The translations under genes and the position numbers were made by a program. The notes beneath the pieces were generated by a model that worked only from the letters and a program-made list of their open reading frames with translations, did no database searches and had not been told where the DNA came from. A DNA stretch of 63,679 nucleotides, counting the filler, from Octopus bimaculoides (taxonomy: Eukaryota): NCBI RefSeq assembly GCF_001194135.2. It is 10 parts of 8 records of this genome, joined end to end, with 100 filler letters (N's around TTAATTAATTAA, not from the genome) between each part and the next. Parts side by side here need not be neighbours in the genome. Positions count along the whole stretch, not along the records: positions 12,340 to 24,503 come from NC_068998.1; 9 more parts are not named here. One strand, written 5' to 3'. Shown piece by piece: positions 12,340 to 24,503 of the stretch (its first letter is position 1; each line of letters opens with the position of its first letter).

Positions 12340-12702
12340 TAGAGAATTAACATTGCTTGTTTTCACCTTTTCAATATCAGTGAAGAATGTCACTGGAAAA
12401 GAAGATATAAGGTTTTGCCAGATTTGTCTCTCTCACCAAGGTCATCAGCTGTCGAACGCCGACGAAGGGAAATAACCCTGAAATCCGGATACGTTCGTGC
12501 TGCTGGTCGCGGTGAGAGGGATAACTCCCTTGGCAAACAGGACACAGTCGTGTGTCGATAAGCCAGCTGGAGGAGATGTCCTCCTGGGGCTAAAAGCAAC
12601 AGTAACATCCACCCCTAGGGGTCAGCCACACTTAAGTGGCAATATACTACACTTTATCGTGCAGTTACTGTTAATACTTCATTTAGAGAATTAACATTGC
12701 TT
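12340..12702 (+). mobile_element. 344-bp-period structured unit bounded by the direct repeat TAGAGAATTAACATTGCTT, containing a hammerhead
   Basis: The 19-mer occurs at 12340-12358 and 12684-12702, with multiple internal hairpins and no ORF of note. Confidence 0.6.
12453..12497 (+). ncRNA. Minimal type I hammerhead ribozyme (U4C variant)
   Basis: CGAACG-CCGACGA-AGGG-AAATAA-CCCT-GAAA-TCCGGA-TA-CGTTCG: perfect 6-bp stem I, 4-bp stem II, palindromic stem III. One core substitution (CCGA for CTGA). Confidence 0.7.
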
Positions 12703-12744
12703 ATATATATATACATATATATATAATTGTATGTGTATGTGTGT

Positions 12745-12862
12745 GTTTTCCCCCATCGCCGAATAAGAACTGATGTTGGTTTGTTTACGTCCTTGTAGCT
12801 TTGCGGTTTGGCAAAAAGAAACCGACAAAATTAAGTCTCTTGTTGTTGGAACTCGTCTTGCC
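12745..12862 (+). mobile_element. SINE family A tail fragment
   Basis: GATGTTGGTTTGTTTACGTCC..TAGC..TGCGGTTTGGCAAAAAGAAACCGA is similar to 4660-4730 and 30455-30520. Confidence 0.65.
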
Positions 12863-13135
12863 CAGGTGATACAGTCCAGTTCTCGCTCCTTCTTTGGCCC
12901 TCTCAAACGTTCTTTACAAGTGCGTCGATTTGCTTCGGGCGAAGAACCGCAGGAAGCAGATGCATAAAGGCTGCGCAACTAGCCGAAAACCTTCTTCTCC
13001 GATGGAATAAGCGAGTTTGTGAACCGTTGGAAGAAGTTCTTCGAAAAGAAAGGAGACTGTATCGATAGATAAAGCAATCGTTCAACCCCTGCTTATTTTT
13101 AGTAAAAGCAGATAAAATTTCGTATAATTTCTTGC
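12863..13135 (+). pseudogene. Mariner transposase C-terminal fragment, with stops
   Basis: Translates FFGPLKRSLQVRRFASGEEPQEADA*RLRN*PKTFFSDGISEFVNRWKKFFEKKGDCIDR*, the typical mariner C-terminus. Confidence 0.8.
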
Positions 13136-13139
13136 ACTT

Positions 13140-14575
13140 CGCCGCTATGTGGCTGCAGCCGGCGGCGAGCTGTAGGCCTTCCGCAGCCGACACGTCCCTA
13201 TCCTCGGCAGCGAGCTGTAGGCCTTCCGCAGCCGACACGTCCCTATCCCCGGCGGCGCATCGGTTGCTGGATTCAGATCGAGTCCGTGTGTTAGACGTTT
13301 CTTACCCGGAATCGTGCTCATGGCCGTACTCGTGGCTGTACTCGTAGTTGTAGCAGCGGCCGTACTCGTGCACGTGATGTTAGTTTTGGGGCTTGTAGTA
13401 TCGCTCATGTCCGCTTCCACTAGGACGAGTATGATTCGGCCGCGGAAGAACAATTATACTCACCGTGACCGCCGCAACCCAAGGTGTCTCCGACAACTGT
13501 GCAGGGAAAAGCGTTAGGTAAGTCGGCTGCATCGATCACTGTCTGATACCTGCATCTGCTTCAAGCTTTGCCGCAACCGTCCTTCTGGCAACAGATGGCC
13601 AGCAGCTCCTCGCCGGCACCTCGCTATCCCCGACCGGAATATCGATTGCCGGATTCAGTGCGTGTGTGTCCATGTGTTCTGCACTCCTCGCCGGGCGCGG
13701 TGCTCACAGTTCTACTCGCTACCCTGCTCGTGGATGTGTCCGTGTCCGTGTCCGTGCTCATGTCCATGTCTGTGGTCGTGCCCGTCACTGTTCAGGCAGT
13801 CGTGATAACACTGTGCAAGCCGCACTCGTGCTTGTGTTTTCTATCGCACTCCCTGCCATCCTCTTCGACGTAGACGTGAGCGCGCACGTGCTCGTCGTCT
13901 TGCTTTCGCTCCTGGATTCCCCGGGGTTCATGGTCGTTCACCAATACGCACCAGCTGCAGGGGAATAACTATGCTGATGATGACTGTTGCATTCCAAAGT
14001 GTCTCCGACATCCGTGAAGAGTGGAGGGTGGAAAAGTCGGCTGCATCAATCGACGCCGCATTCCGGCACCTTTTCACAGCTTCACCGCTATCACCCTGAT
14101 GCCAGCGGCGAGCTGCATGTCAACCGCAGCCGGCATTTCGCTATCTCCGGCCGGCGATGTGTGTCAGTGATATGTGTTTGTCGCAGGAGGTCGTGTTCAT
14201 CACCGTGCGCGTAGCCGTGCGCGTAGCCATTCCCGTTCAGTGCGCGAAGCCGTGATCCGGGCCGTGCTCCTGACCATGCCGGTGGCTGTGTTCTTAGTTG
14301 TAGCGACGGCCGCTCTCGTGCTCATGATGGTGTTTGATATCATGTTCGCTGTCGTCCTCACTCTCGTCCTCGTCCATATGGACGTGATCGTGCTCGTTGT
14401 TTTGCTCCCTATGAAGGGGAGAGCGTAGAAAAGACAATTGTATTGATCGCCGCCGCGTTTCGTCACCTGCTCCAAGTTCGCCGATACAGTCCGGCTGCCG
14501 ATGGCAAGCTGCAGATGGTCAACCTCCGGCATGTCGCTATCCTCGTCTGTCACGTCGGTTGCCGGTGGCACCTCA
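13140..14575 (-). repeat. GC/CpG-rich block of about three degenerate ~500-bp units with His/Glu/Asp/Gly-rich coding potential
   Basis: GTGTCTCCGACA...AAGTCGGCTGCATC recurs at about 13484 and 13999. There is a 45-bp in-frame duplication at 13165-13254. Minus-strand peptides are interrupted by stops. Confidence 0.6.
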
Positions 14576-14579
14576 TTTC

Positions 14580-15672
14580 ATTGCTGTTTAAAGGAGAACT
14601 GGAACAGGTATTTAGATGATTGATTCATACTTTGGAAAGATAGCATGGAAAAACTCCTCGATTTCAAAATAATGCTCAACAATATCAATAGCAGCATACA
14701 ATTCACCATTGAACACAGCAACAAACAACTCCCTTTTCTTGACATCCTAATTAAAATAGTCAACAACCACATTGAAACAGACATCTTCTATAAACTCACA
14801 GATTCAAAACAATACCTATTATTCAACTCATGCCAACCCAAACATATAAAAATTAATATACCTTATAATCGAGCGAAAAGAATCTGTACCATAGTTTCGG
14901 ACACCAATAATCGTGAACAAAAACTCCTTGAACTTAGATCAATACTAATCAAGAGACATTACACAACATCAGTAATAAATGATGGGATTAAACGAGCAAA
15001 GGAAATAGACATAAAAACATTAAGGGAAGTCAACCGAAATGCTACACCAGATTTAAAAATACTCTCCTACATGTCCGCACATAACAGTAGAAACAACGAA
15101 GCCTTCAACATTATCATCCAACATCTACCCATTCCCACAAGAGATAAAATAATGAATAAAATTTTAGGCTCACATAAAATTATCAAGAGTAAGATGCAAC
15201 CGAAATCATTGAAAAAAATATTAACCAACGCAAGACTATATCCATTAACAACGGAACCAAAAGTGAAAAAAATGCGGTCGGCCTAACTGTGGCACATTCC
15301 CTCGCCTTTATGGAGGGTACAGAGTTCCACTTTAAACAAGGTGAAATATTTAAGATTAGATCAAATTTCACCTATACCTCGGAATACCTAATCTATGCTA
15401 TTACCTGATTAGGGTGCGGTAATCGATATATTGGCCAAACTGGAATATCACTCAGTTGAAGAGCCACTCTTCACAAGGAACAAATCCGCCATCCACAATA
15501 TAGACAGATACAGGTCAATGAACATATAGAAAGGTATGCTCGGAACCTTAACCCTAACTTCCTAATTTTCCCCTTCTATCAATGTTCATAGAAAACCTCA
15601 GTACAGCAAAGAATGAACAAGGAGGCAACTTGCATCAATAAATTTCATCCACAACTTAACATGAATACATAA
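14580..15672 (+). pseudogene. Penelope-like element ORF, 5'-truncated: RT C-terminus plus GIY-YIG endonuclease
   Basis: RYLDD at 14606-14620, then QFTIEHSNKQLPFLDILI and DIFYKLTDSKQYL. GIY-YIG motif IYAIT*LGCGNRYIGQT at 15391-15441. Contains stops and a frameshift. Confidence 0.92.
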
Positions 15673-15856
15673 CATAATACAGAACAGTACTAACCTTACC
15701 AATAATACCACTAACTCCCATACATCCTATACACTGTTCATATTATAGTATTATATCTTCTCCACCTGCACCACATCCAGAACTACTTTTCTCCCTTACA
15801 TATAATATTTTTACTCAGGGACTAGTAGACCCAGCGCTGTTTGGTAATCGGTGTGC

Positions 15857-15904
15857 ATTCAAAGACAGTGAACAGTAATTGACGAAACCGGTATGACTTT
15901 GAAT
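15857..15904 (+). ncRNA. Decayed hammerhead motif in the presumed Penelope pLTR
   Basis: ATTCAAAGACA-GTGAACA-GTAATTGAC-GAAA-CCGG-TA-TGACTTTGAAT: 10/11-bp stem I and palindromic stem III, but two mismatches in CTGANGA. Confidence 0.55.
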
Positions 15905-18900
15905 CTTTTTAACAATTCATAATAATGACTTTTATTCCTCTTAATTCTACCTCAGTTTATCTAATTGTATATATTTATCGTTACTTTTCATAAAATGCCA
16001 TTATCTTTTTAATATCCAACGTGCATTTTCGCTTTTTTTTCTTCTTACTTTCCACATATCATTTCCACGTGTAGTTTCTTTTTTCTTTTTGAAACATATT
16101 TCTCTGTGTGTGTGAGGGTGTGTGCCTCTGTGTGTGTTGGTGTGTGTTTGTATTTGTGTGTATATACACCTACACACGTATATTTGATGGCTAATGTATA
16201 CAGCACCTCAAATCTTCAGGCTTTTCATGAAGAAAATATAAAATATAGCTTTGGCCAGATATTTTAGACACCCGCCCTGCCCTGATCATTTTAATATTTA
16301 ATGCATAGTGATCGGCATGGATTATCACCCATTCCAATATACCACTCTAACTCTACCGTTTCTATATTTCTGGCAAAAATAAACTTTGTAAGCTTTTGTT
16401 TAAATTCATGAGTAATTGCAACATTTGACTGGTTTTATAAAATAACTAAAATAGTGTTGTTGATTATATTAAGCTGTTTTTTATACCGAATTTATCGAAC
16501 GCTTTTTTATGGAAATTATGTCTCAAAATTATTCTAACGACATGTAGGTACAGCTAATGACTAAAATTTATAGTTATTCTATAATTTTATTTAAATATCA
16601 TCACATGTAATCAGCTAAGAGACACAGAATTATTTTTTTCTTAATGCCCACTATTTTCTTTATTGTTTTCTGGTTTTGTTTCTCTTTGCATTTTGCAATG
16701 TGAGACATTCTCGCTGTTATCATGCGGGTCACACGATATGGAATAAATATAAGTAAATAACCAGTAAATTTAAATCGCGAGGGGAACAGAAAATTTCACA
16801 GTATTTGGAACTATGAAGCGATCTGAATTCCAGTAAAGCGAGAGAATGCGAGAATTTCGTTGCTTACTATATGAACAATATACTTATACTTTCTTATTGG
16901 TAATTAAAAATACAATAAAAGTGCATCAGAAAATAGTCTTAATAGGTGACTGACACAAGATTGAGGAAATGACCTATTTGATAAAATTTATTTCTTTACA
17001 ACTTTAGGGAAGGAAAACAACAGCAACAAGTCATACATAATAAATTTTTGTCTCTTCTTTCTACTCTTTGCCTCGTTCCCCTGATTTTGAAAGATCCGGT
17101 CACTCATATATTCTATTATATGTTACTTGCCAGTAAATGTTGGGTATGGCTTCATTGTGAATCCATCCCGTTAGATTAATGGTAAATCTGAAAATTGTAA
17201 CCATGTAAATTAAAGCAATAGACCGTTAGGTTTGCCGTACATTTGCACAAACATAAATAGTTTGTTAGTTTCTATCTCTTAAAAGCAAATATCGACATAT
17301 CTTACTATTTGATTGCTGATTTTAAAATAATGAAATGTAGTGGGATATGGCAGTTTGAAACTATGCCTGATGACATCTACACGTGCTTGGATCCACTCGT
17401 GTATTTTTAGAGGAAATATACTCCATCAAATACCGCACAATAAGCTTTCTAAGTTACCAGATCTCACTTAAGGAAGAAAAGTTCGCATTGCTAAGCATTA
17501 CTGAAAAAAACAGTTGGTAGTAAGTAGCAATCCTCTTTGAAAGCCTCGAAAATGTAATTGCATTAATCGACTTGCGAAGACATACGTGAATCAATTAATA
17601 GATAACAGTGAATATTGCCGAGAGAGATTATGTATTGTCATATAATATATAAATAGGTTGACGATAGGGGTGACTGGAATAGCAACAAGCTTGAATTGAT
17701 GACGATGACATATATATGTGTGTATGTATATGCATGTAGGTGTGCGCTTATATATATATATACATGTGTACACAAACATAGATATGACTTAGCCGTCATT
17801 CGCAAGTATGACCTAGTAACTTATAGCATGCTTTCGCTAACTGCTTCAAGTGCCTATATAATCACGAGTAAATATAGACCTTTTATTATGTCATGCAGCC
17901 GTCCAACCAATAATATGACTCCTTCCAGTATTTATCTTGTGTAGTGCTTCCCTTAAATTCTTCTGGAAATATGAACGTAGGTAATGAAAAAATTGCAACA
18001 TCCCTCATACATGCAACATTCTAAATATTGTCGAAGTTAAGGAGATGAAAAATAGCGAAAATGATATGGAAGTGACAAGTCGATTGCCTGATATATTTAT
18101 ATTAATATTGGTGGTTACTAATAAACATATTCTGATTGTATTTTAAGTGTAAAGGGTTTTCAGTTAAACCAGTATTGTTTTCAGACACGTAACCGTGCGC
18201 TAAACAATGGAACTGAAAGACAAAATTTAAGAGACATTTTTCGAAAATAAGACACACAAGCGAAAAGTGTTTTATGAGTAAATATGTTTATGAGTTTAAT
18301 AATAATGTTTGTTAGTTATGTAGGAAAAGTATTTGCCTTAAAATCGGACTTGTCAAACGTAAGGAAATCGGCAGAAGTATACTTACAAAAAATTGAAAAA
18401 CAGACATAACATCTAAAAATATATTTGGACTTTTCGTGATAAAATCATCAGAAACTTTATATCATTTAAAATGTAATAGAATGCGTCAAACCTTATGTGC
18501 AATTCGGCAATGGCTTGAACCTTTAGATTTCCGAAAAGTTGAATATATTGTTCTATTGGAGATCCATACGGAATTCTTGATCTGAGCTAACATTCTGGTC
18601 CCTTAAATCAAGATTTTTATAGAAATATCAAAAACTTCTTTACGATTGCACACTATACATACATGTATAATACTCTAAAACATTCCAAGTAATTGAAAAG
18701 CTCTTTTGTTGTTTGTATTTACATATATCTTGCATGCTAAGTTATTTATTTCATATATAAAAATATAATTCTTTTTTGCATTATTTCTATATTTGCTTGC
18801 AGATCTCAAGAGCGGAACTAAGAATTATCGTTCGTGAAGCTTCAGCTTCAAAGACATATTTCGTNNNNNNNNNNNNNNNNNNGGGGGGGGGGGGGGTATG

Positions 18901-20341
18901 CGTGTGGTGTGTGTGTGAGTGTGGGGGTATGTGTGTGTGTCTGCGTGTGTGCGCGCAAGCGTGCGTGCATCATCGAAAGTTATAAATATTTATGCGAATA
19001 CTGAGAAATCGGTACATCGAATAAAATTCCGTTAGATATGTATTCCGCGCGAGTTACACTGTCAAAACCTTGTTACACTAGCGATCAGAAATGTAATGAA
19101 CTGATGTTAGATTAACTTGAAACCTTTAACCAATGACAATTTTATTAACAAAAACGTAATTTTGAATAAATAAATAAATAAACGATATATGCGTGCGCGT
19201 GTTAGTGTCCATGCGTCTGTGTGTGTATTAAAAAATACTTTATTACTCTTAATATAATTCAATCAGCCCATTAAGAAAATAATTCTAAATTCTATAACAA
19301 CCGTTAGAATATTTTTTTATTTAGTTATTCACATCAAGAAGATTAGGAAATTAAATATTTGATGAGTTGAAAATATTTTCAAAATATAATCATATGTTCC
19401 ACTGCAAGAAAATGTTAAGTACCATTGATTATGGTAATACACATAAATTATTTTATTGAAAACTTGCCAAAGTCTAGAAGTCTAGACTGACGATGAAATT
19501 GAACAGCTGAAAACAGGTTAAGATTTTTCACTCGTATCTGATTTGAATTGACGCAGACAAGACAGTGTGTTTAAAAATTTCTTTTGAAGATCACTTGATT
19601 TGAGTTCGATCCCACTACGTGACACATTTGAGAGGTTTCTCCTATCGTAATTTCTAGTGGAACGTAGCCTGGAGAATAACATTTGGTCGACGGAAAATAT
19701 TCTGGATCCTCTCTATTTGAAATTAATTTGGACTTCGTTGTGAGTTTCGATCTTCTACTCAGCTAATAGCAGCCATCTGGTCCTCAGGTTACTTTAAGTG
19801 AAGTTAATTCTGTTCTAAGTATATTTAAAGATAAACCATGAGTGATTTTGTTTCTTGCTTCAACAAAATAGTCACCAACATTTCCCTTCCTTAACGAAAC
19901 AGTAAAAGAATTGCATGAATAATTGCTTATTTCATTATAATCATCATCGTGTTTAAGACCGAAATTGAGGATGATATATGGAAGAGATTTTTAGCACAAG
20001 ATACATTTGATTGGCATGTTCTTAACTTATTCCATTTTGGAATAAGAGTTCAAACAGTTTGGCATATATTCCTGAGAGTAATACCAACTGAAATACTTCG
20101 AGTTACGATTATTGTTTTCAAAAAACAACGAAACTTACCATCTGTAAAATAGAGATGCTTATTCAAGAATTTAACTCTCTGTTATTTTATATCTAATTTA
20201 TCTCATTCTATATGCAACAGAGACTGTTCCGAGTGACAACGCATTCGAACTCTGTCGTAACTTTCTGGTGTCCTACAAATGAATGCACAAAGTTAGAGTT
20301 ACTTTTCATCCTATAACTCTAAACAAAATAAGTTCAAAGAA

Positions 20342-20392
20342 TTACTTATCCCCTTTCAGAACATGCCAATTATTATGAATAACGCGTTCATC

Positions 20393-20455
<63 letters not shown>

Positions 20456-20567
20456 GCATAGGCAGACAGACAGACAAGCAGACAGACAGACAAGCAGACA
20501 GACAGACAAGCAGACAGACAGACAAGCAGACAGACAGACAAGCAGACAGACAGACAAGCAGACAGGC

Positions 20568-20612
<45 letters not shown>

Positions 20613-20672
20613 CAGACAGACACACAGACAGACACACAGACAGACACACAGACAGAGAGGCAGATAGATAGA
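20342..20672. repeat. Compound (GATA)n/(GACA)n microsatellite
   Basis: Direct inspection. Confidence 0.95.
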
Positions 20673-20694
20673 CAGGCTTCACAGTTAATGGGGT

Positions 20695-21018
20695 CATTAA
20701 TAGCCAGTGGAGTACCTCAGGGAACTATCTTAGGACCGCTGCTCTTTGAGATGGCCTTCTCGCCGATACAAAAGTAGCAGAAGCAGTCATGAGTCCTCTC
20801 GATTCTAATATTTTACAGGAAGACATAAATGACACATACATATGGGTGGAAGAAAGCAACATCAGTTTAAAGCAAGCAAATTCCGAGCTCTTCCTTATCA
20901 GCCAGCTCGTGCTAACAGACTGCACAAAAATAATTTGGACCAGTTTAAGTGGCAATACCAGAGTCAAACATAATATAGGAACTGCGGATTCATATTAACA
21001 ACAATGTATCGTGTCATG
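20695..21018 (+). pseudogene. CR1-clade LINE RT fragment, left part
   Basis: SGVPQGTILGPLLF, then ..DTKV and ILQEDINDTYIWVEESNISL. Confidence 0.7.
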
Positions 21019-21020
21019 TA

Positions 21021-22279
21021 CGAAGTGCATTCCAGAAGTTTTGAGACTTTTATTAGTTTCAAAGAATTACAAAACTCTAACCTCCCTCAAAATAGGAACA
21101 TCATGCTCCAATTCACTTGTTGTAGTGCTCCACCTACTTCGTAAAGGCTCCATCGAAGTCCTTCAAAATGAAAGAGTCAGGATCCTTGTCACAGACGACT
21201 TCAACTTCTCGATGTCTTCAAATTGACTTCCTCGAGGTTCTCCTTCAGTTTGGGGAACAACCAAAACTCACAGGTAGCAAGGTTTGGACAATAGGGAGCG
21301 TGAAGCAGTTTTGATCCCTATTTTTGAGTAGTAGTAGTTTACCAGGATGGAAATGTGAGCTGATCCATTGTCCTGGTGCAGGTGCCACCGACTCGAGTGA
21401 AAGGGATCTGGGATTTTGCGACGAAATCTCTTTCTTGACGCTCTCGAAACATCCAGAAAATACACTATTGACCGTCTGACCAAAGGGAACCCAGTGCATG
21501 TAGATGACGTCCGTGTTGTCACAAAAGGGGGTCCTCATTAGCTTCCAGGTGGACGTGCTTTTCCGACTCCATTGGTCATTCTGTCTCTAGGTCTCTGGAT
21601 CATAACAGTAGATCCGGCTTTCGTCACAAGTCATCAGAGACTCAGTTACTCCTGGATTGGAGATAATGAACTCAGCCATCTCCCTCCTATCACCTTAGTG
21701 TCTTTCTGTCTGTCTGTCACTGGGAATAAACTTTGCAGCCTGGGAACGTGGCACATGGTCATATCTTCATCAATAATTCGGAGTATACTTGCCACACCAA
21801 CTCTAATCTCCAAACTTATCGTCCTTATAGACATATGACAGTCTTCATGCAGAAAATTGCGAATTTTCTCAAGCAGTTCTGATGATCTGATGTCCCGCTT
21901 CCACTCTTTCTTCTCGTCGCCTTTCACCTTCTGTCTGCCATCCTTGAACCTCTTGTACCAGCGAAAAACAGATGTTCGGCTGATACTGGTTAATCCATAA
22001 GCAGTCTGGAGAATTTTTCTCATTTTAACACAAAATGTTATTGAATAGCGAGCTTCCAAATTGTCTTTACGTCCAAACAGCATTCTGGGAGCTAGTCAGC
22101 TATCACAAGCAGAGTTTAGTCTGTTGTGTTCAAAGTGCTTTTACAGTATTCCTTTTCAATCCGAAATAGTAAAATTTGGCAAGTCAGCTTATGGCAGGTA
22201 TAGTAACGACATACTAAAATTACAGTAATCTAGGACAATTATAAGGTAGTAGGTTTCAAAACGTCTGGGATGCACCTCG
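21021..22279 (-). mobile_element. Full-length defective mariner element (1259 bp) with TA TSD
   Basis: 27-bp TIRs CGAAGTGCATTCCAGAAGTTTTGAGAC / CGAGGTGCATCCCAGACGTTTTGAAAC, with TA at 21019-20 and 22280-81. Transposase remnants include SVFRWYKRFKDGR, LMTCDESRIYCYD and WHLHQDNGSAH, with frameshifts. Confidence 0.93.
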
Positions 22280-22281
22280 TA

Positions 22282-22700
22282 CATATTATGAAGACGATAG
22301 CAATATGTAGGAGGATGTAATTCTGAGACTTTTCTGAATAAGGTACCAGAAAACAAAGCTGGTTTATGCTGGACTACTGTTCTGAAATACAGTCATCCCA
22401 CAGTGTTAATTTGATAGTAGAGCTTGCAGCAGTTCAGGTATGTTGAAACACTTGAGCTTCTAGGAGAGATTCAAAGAATTACAACTCTAGACCCTAGAAT
22501 GTAAGCGGGAGAGATATGCAATGGAATACATATAGAGGTTCCTAGAGGAACTCACAGAATAACCTTTGATACCGAGAGTTACACCTGAACCCAAACAGGA
22601 CGCCATTGCACTCTTCCAAAGGTCCCACTTATGCCATCTAGAGTAAGTACCAAATTGTGCAACAGCCTGCGAATCAGAGGCCCATAGCTATTTAATATCT
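22282..22700 (+). pseudogene. CR1-clade LINE fragment, right part
   Basis: Continues the left fragment across the TSD (LRIHINNNVSCHVHIMKTIAICRRM). Later, LSF*ERFKELQL*TLECKRERYA resembles the CR1 C-terminal YWERLKxLxLxSLERRRERY motif. Confidence 0.6.
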
Positions 22701-24114
22701 TGTTTGGGTTGAAAAACAAATGAATAAAAGAAAAAGCATTTGTCTTTACATAATATATGTCAATTGTGACTTGGAATCTAAAATCTACTTGTTTTCATCA
22801 AGCTCACTTAGTTTGGTTTCTCAAGACTCAAATACAGTTTTTGCGCAGGAAGCTCTTATCTAATGGTTCGGGAAATGTATATAGTAATTTGTTGCGGATT
22901 AAATGAGTTTGTAAAGAGAGAGAACAAGTGCTGTACAGGAGGAGAAAATAGAGAAAGAGAAACAAAGAAAGCCAAAACTTTGAACTCGGTGCCAAACTTT
23001 TCTTGTAAAACCAAATATATATGATCAATATGATCTATATGATCTTTTAGTTTATTGTCCAACTGTTTTATCTCTTTCCCTTATCCATATGCATCCACTC
23101 AGACAATGGGCCAATGGCGGTACAGTATCTAATCGGTTGAGATTCGCCCAACATATGATACGCGGTAACTGTTCATTGAGACACGATTGCTTCCCCACCA
23201 TTGAAAGCTGACACTCACGCCTATTTTATACCAATCTGAACGCAGGCTATAATCAGCGGATTGCTGCTTTCCGTGCTTTACAACCTCGGTAAGACGATGC
23301 ATGTGTTTTTTCTCCGTGACACAGGCCTGAGCAGGGATTTTGTAGATGGACAGCAGTTGCCCAGGATCACGCGTAGCCTTATATTCTAGACCCCTGATGT
23401 TATAAACAAGGGCGAAAGCCTGTACTGTTTGACACTTGTGTTGGCGCAGAAAATGTTAGAAGATGTCAGACTATTTTATGGGATTCTTCAAAGGATTGGT
23501 CCACAGATTTTATTCCCAATGTCTTTATTGTACGTGGTATAAGAAAGCGAAGGTTTTATATAAGTATACCTACTCTTAGATAAAGCACCTTTATCCCATC
23601 TAAGTTCCATCTAACCTTTGCACTAGATTTAAGGCAACAACAACAATCTTCTATCTTTCTTCTCTCGGGACAAACAGTCCCACCGGATTTAATGGCTGAA
23701 TGATACAAGAAGACAAACTGTTGGACTTCGTTGTCCAAGACTATTTAACACACTTACAATGAGAAACTTTCCATTAGTAGAAAGACTTTATTTCCATTAA
23801 TCTCGTGTAAATTATGCTTTTCTACCATATGTATAAGCACGTATGTATATTTCATATAAAATCATATGTATAAACGTGTATGTATATTTTATATTTATGT
23901 ATAATATACACACACACACATATGTATATATATACGCATACATGCGTGTATATAGGTGTATATACACATATATAATCAATGCATACATATATGTGCATAC
24001 AGACATACATACATGTGTACATTTATATATAGTGTTTATAAATGTATATATAGCTTTAACTTTTACTTCTTTCAGTTATTGGAATGCAGCAATATTGGGG
24101 CACGACCTTGAAGA

Positions 24115-24460
24115 GTTTAACTAAACGAATCTAACTTTGGACATATCCTTTAAAGCTAGGTACATATTTTTCGATTTTTGTTTTTTTCTTTTGCCAAACT
24201 GCTAAACCTCAGGTACGTAAACCAACTAACACCGGTTGTCAAGAAGTAGAGAATGACAAACCAAAACCAAAAAACATACACACACATATGCATTTATGTC
24301 TGTATGTGTAAACAACCGGCTTCTTTAATTTCTCGTCCACCAAATCGCTCAGAAAGCCTTGGTCAAACAGTGGCTATAGTACAAGACACTTGTCCAAGGT
24401 GCCACACAGTGGGGCTGAAGCCACAATTATGTGAAGCAAACTTCTTACCACACAGCCATA
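24115..24460 (-). mobile_element. SINE family A copy
   Basis: Reverse complement of the head (GTGTGGTAAGAAGTTTGCTTC) and tail (CCGGTGTT..GGTTTACGTACC..TTTAGCAGTTTGGCAAAAG) motifs. Confidence 0.65.
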
Positions 24461-24472
24461 TCCACATCTGTA

Positions 24473-24503
<31 letters not shown>

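Noticed and set aside
17330-17410. Peptide TCLDPLVYF resembling the GPCR TM7 DPxxY motif
   Set aside because: Short frame bounded by stops, with no other transmembrane segments.
21605-21645. Minus-strand CTGATGA..GAAA hammerhead-like match
   Set aside because: It is the mariner catalytic motif coding sequence (LMTCDESRIY), and stems I and II do not pair.
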